A stretch of 63,911 bases of DNA, the filler included, from Octopus bimaculoides (Eukaryota): NCBI RefSeq assembly GCF_001194135.2. It is 4 parts of 4 records of this genome, joined end to end, with 100 filler letters (N's around TTAATTAATTAA, not from the genome) between each part and the next. Parts side by side here need not be neighbours in the genome. Positions count along the whole stretch, not along the records: positions 59,474 to 63,911 come from NC_068983.1; 3 more parts are not named here. One strand, written 5' to 3'. Below the pieces are notes generated by a model. The model did no database searches. It had not been told where the DNA came from and saw nothing but the letters and a program-made list of their open reading frames with translations. The position numbers and the translations under genes are program-made. This document shows positions 63,020 through 63,911 of this stretch, piece by piece (within the stretch, counting starts at the first letter, position 1; each line of letters opens with the position of its first letter).

Positions 63020-63437
63020 ATAGGCGCAGGAGTTGCTGTGTGGTAAGTAGCTTGCTTCCCAACCACATGGTTCCGGGTTCATTCCCACTGCGTGACACCT
63101 TGGGCAAGTGTCTTCTACTATAGCCTTGGGCCGACCAAAGCCTTGTGAGTGGATTTGGTAGACGGAAACTCAAAGAAGCCTGTCGTATATATGTATATGT
63201 ATATATGTATGTGTGTGTATATGTTTGTGTGTCTGTGTTTGTCCACCTCCCCAACATCGCTTGACAACCGATGGTGGTCTGTTCACGTCCCCGTAACCTA
63301 GCGGTTCGGCAAAAGTGCCCGATAGAATAAGTACTAGGCTTACAAAGAGTAAGTCCTGGGGTAGATTTGCTCGACTAAAGGCGGTGCTCCAGCATGGCCG
63401 CAGTCAAATGACTGAAACAAGTAAAAGAGTAAAAGAG
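63020..63437 (+). mobile_element. Full-length family B SINE (tRNA head, CORE-like segment, internal microsatellite, 3' domain)
   Basis: ataggcgcaggagttgctgtgtggtaag, gacaccttgggcaagtgtcttc, (TA/TG)n at 63185-63235, tail gtaaaagagtaaaagag. Confidence 0.9.
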
Positions 63438-63649
63438 TAATGTTATGTGTATCAATCGTACTACACCTCTGATATTCAAATGTGTATTCACTGAAATTTC
63501 AGACCTTTATTATTCCTCTCCTTCTTACAAATTAGCCACCTCATACATACAGTCCAATCCCTGATTTTCTATCAATTGTACTCTTTTCGGTATTTGTAGA
63601 GGATTTAGACCCGTGGGAACAATAACTGAATATTTTATACTTGAAATTA

Positions 63650-63712
63650 TCCAGGCTGTTCCGTTGATCGCATCAACTGGAACCCTCGACGTCGTAAGCG
63701 ACATAGTGCCAA
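63650..63712 (+). mobile_element. 3' end of a family C SINE
   Basis: gttccgttgatcgcatcaactggaaccctcgacgtcgtaagcgac is the reverse complement of 61235-61290. Confidence 0.7.
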
Positions 63713-63911
63713 AAACAAAAATTATATCGAGTAATTTCTCTTCTCATTTGCTTAACTGAACCTTGCCTATTCACTCTATTATTTACTTATTAGCCAATAG
63801 GACGTATTGCCTTTCTGTGATATTGCATTTAGCTAAATCAGACTGTTAGCAATATACCTTTTTGCTTGCTTACCTTTAAACAAGATAACGGCATACTTTT
63901 GATTTATGTGG

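Noticed and set aside
1-63911. CRISPR arrays, rRNA genes or prokaryotic operons
   Set aside because: No repeat-spacer periodicity or rRNA-like sequence; the window is eukaryotic

Overview
AT-rich, heavily gapped eukaryotic genomic window, rich in microsatellites and transposons. The SINE/RTE repeat families and TTAGGG-type repeats suggest a cephalopod (Octopus-like) assembly; this is an inference. One host gene is well supported: a five-coding-exon securin (PTTG1-like) gene on the + strand, join(51064..51136,51931..52124,52227..52350,53059..53214,53724..53857), 226 aa. It has a KEN box, two D-boxes and a separase pseudosubstrate-like motif, plus a candidate CCAAT/CHR/E2F promoter and a non-coding first exon near 48.6 kb. 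The rest is mostly mobile DNA: a full-length defective mariner (705-1977), a POGK-like pogo element (17085-18816), a Merlin fragment, RTE, CR1-group and R4/Dong-like LINE fragments, two Penelope-like elements (PLEs) and three tRNA-derived SINE families. The most notable unannotated signal is a set of type-I hammerhead ribozyme motifs from at least four unrelated sequence families (15921, 40699, 50836/62781, 55975). The motif at 55975-56065 has a fully canonical core and a palindromic stem III. The main RTE family also carries a PHD-type zinc finger inside its RT domain. Most long ORFs in the supplied track are gap or microsatellite artefacts. No CRISPR array, rRNA or intact tRNA gene was seen. 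All family assignments are by eye; no database search was run.
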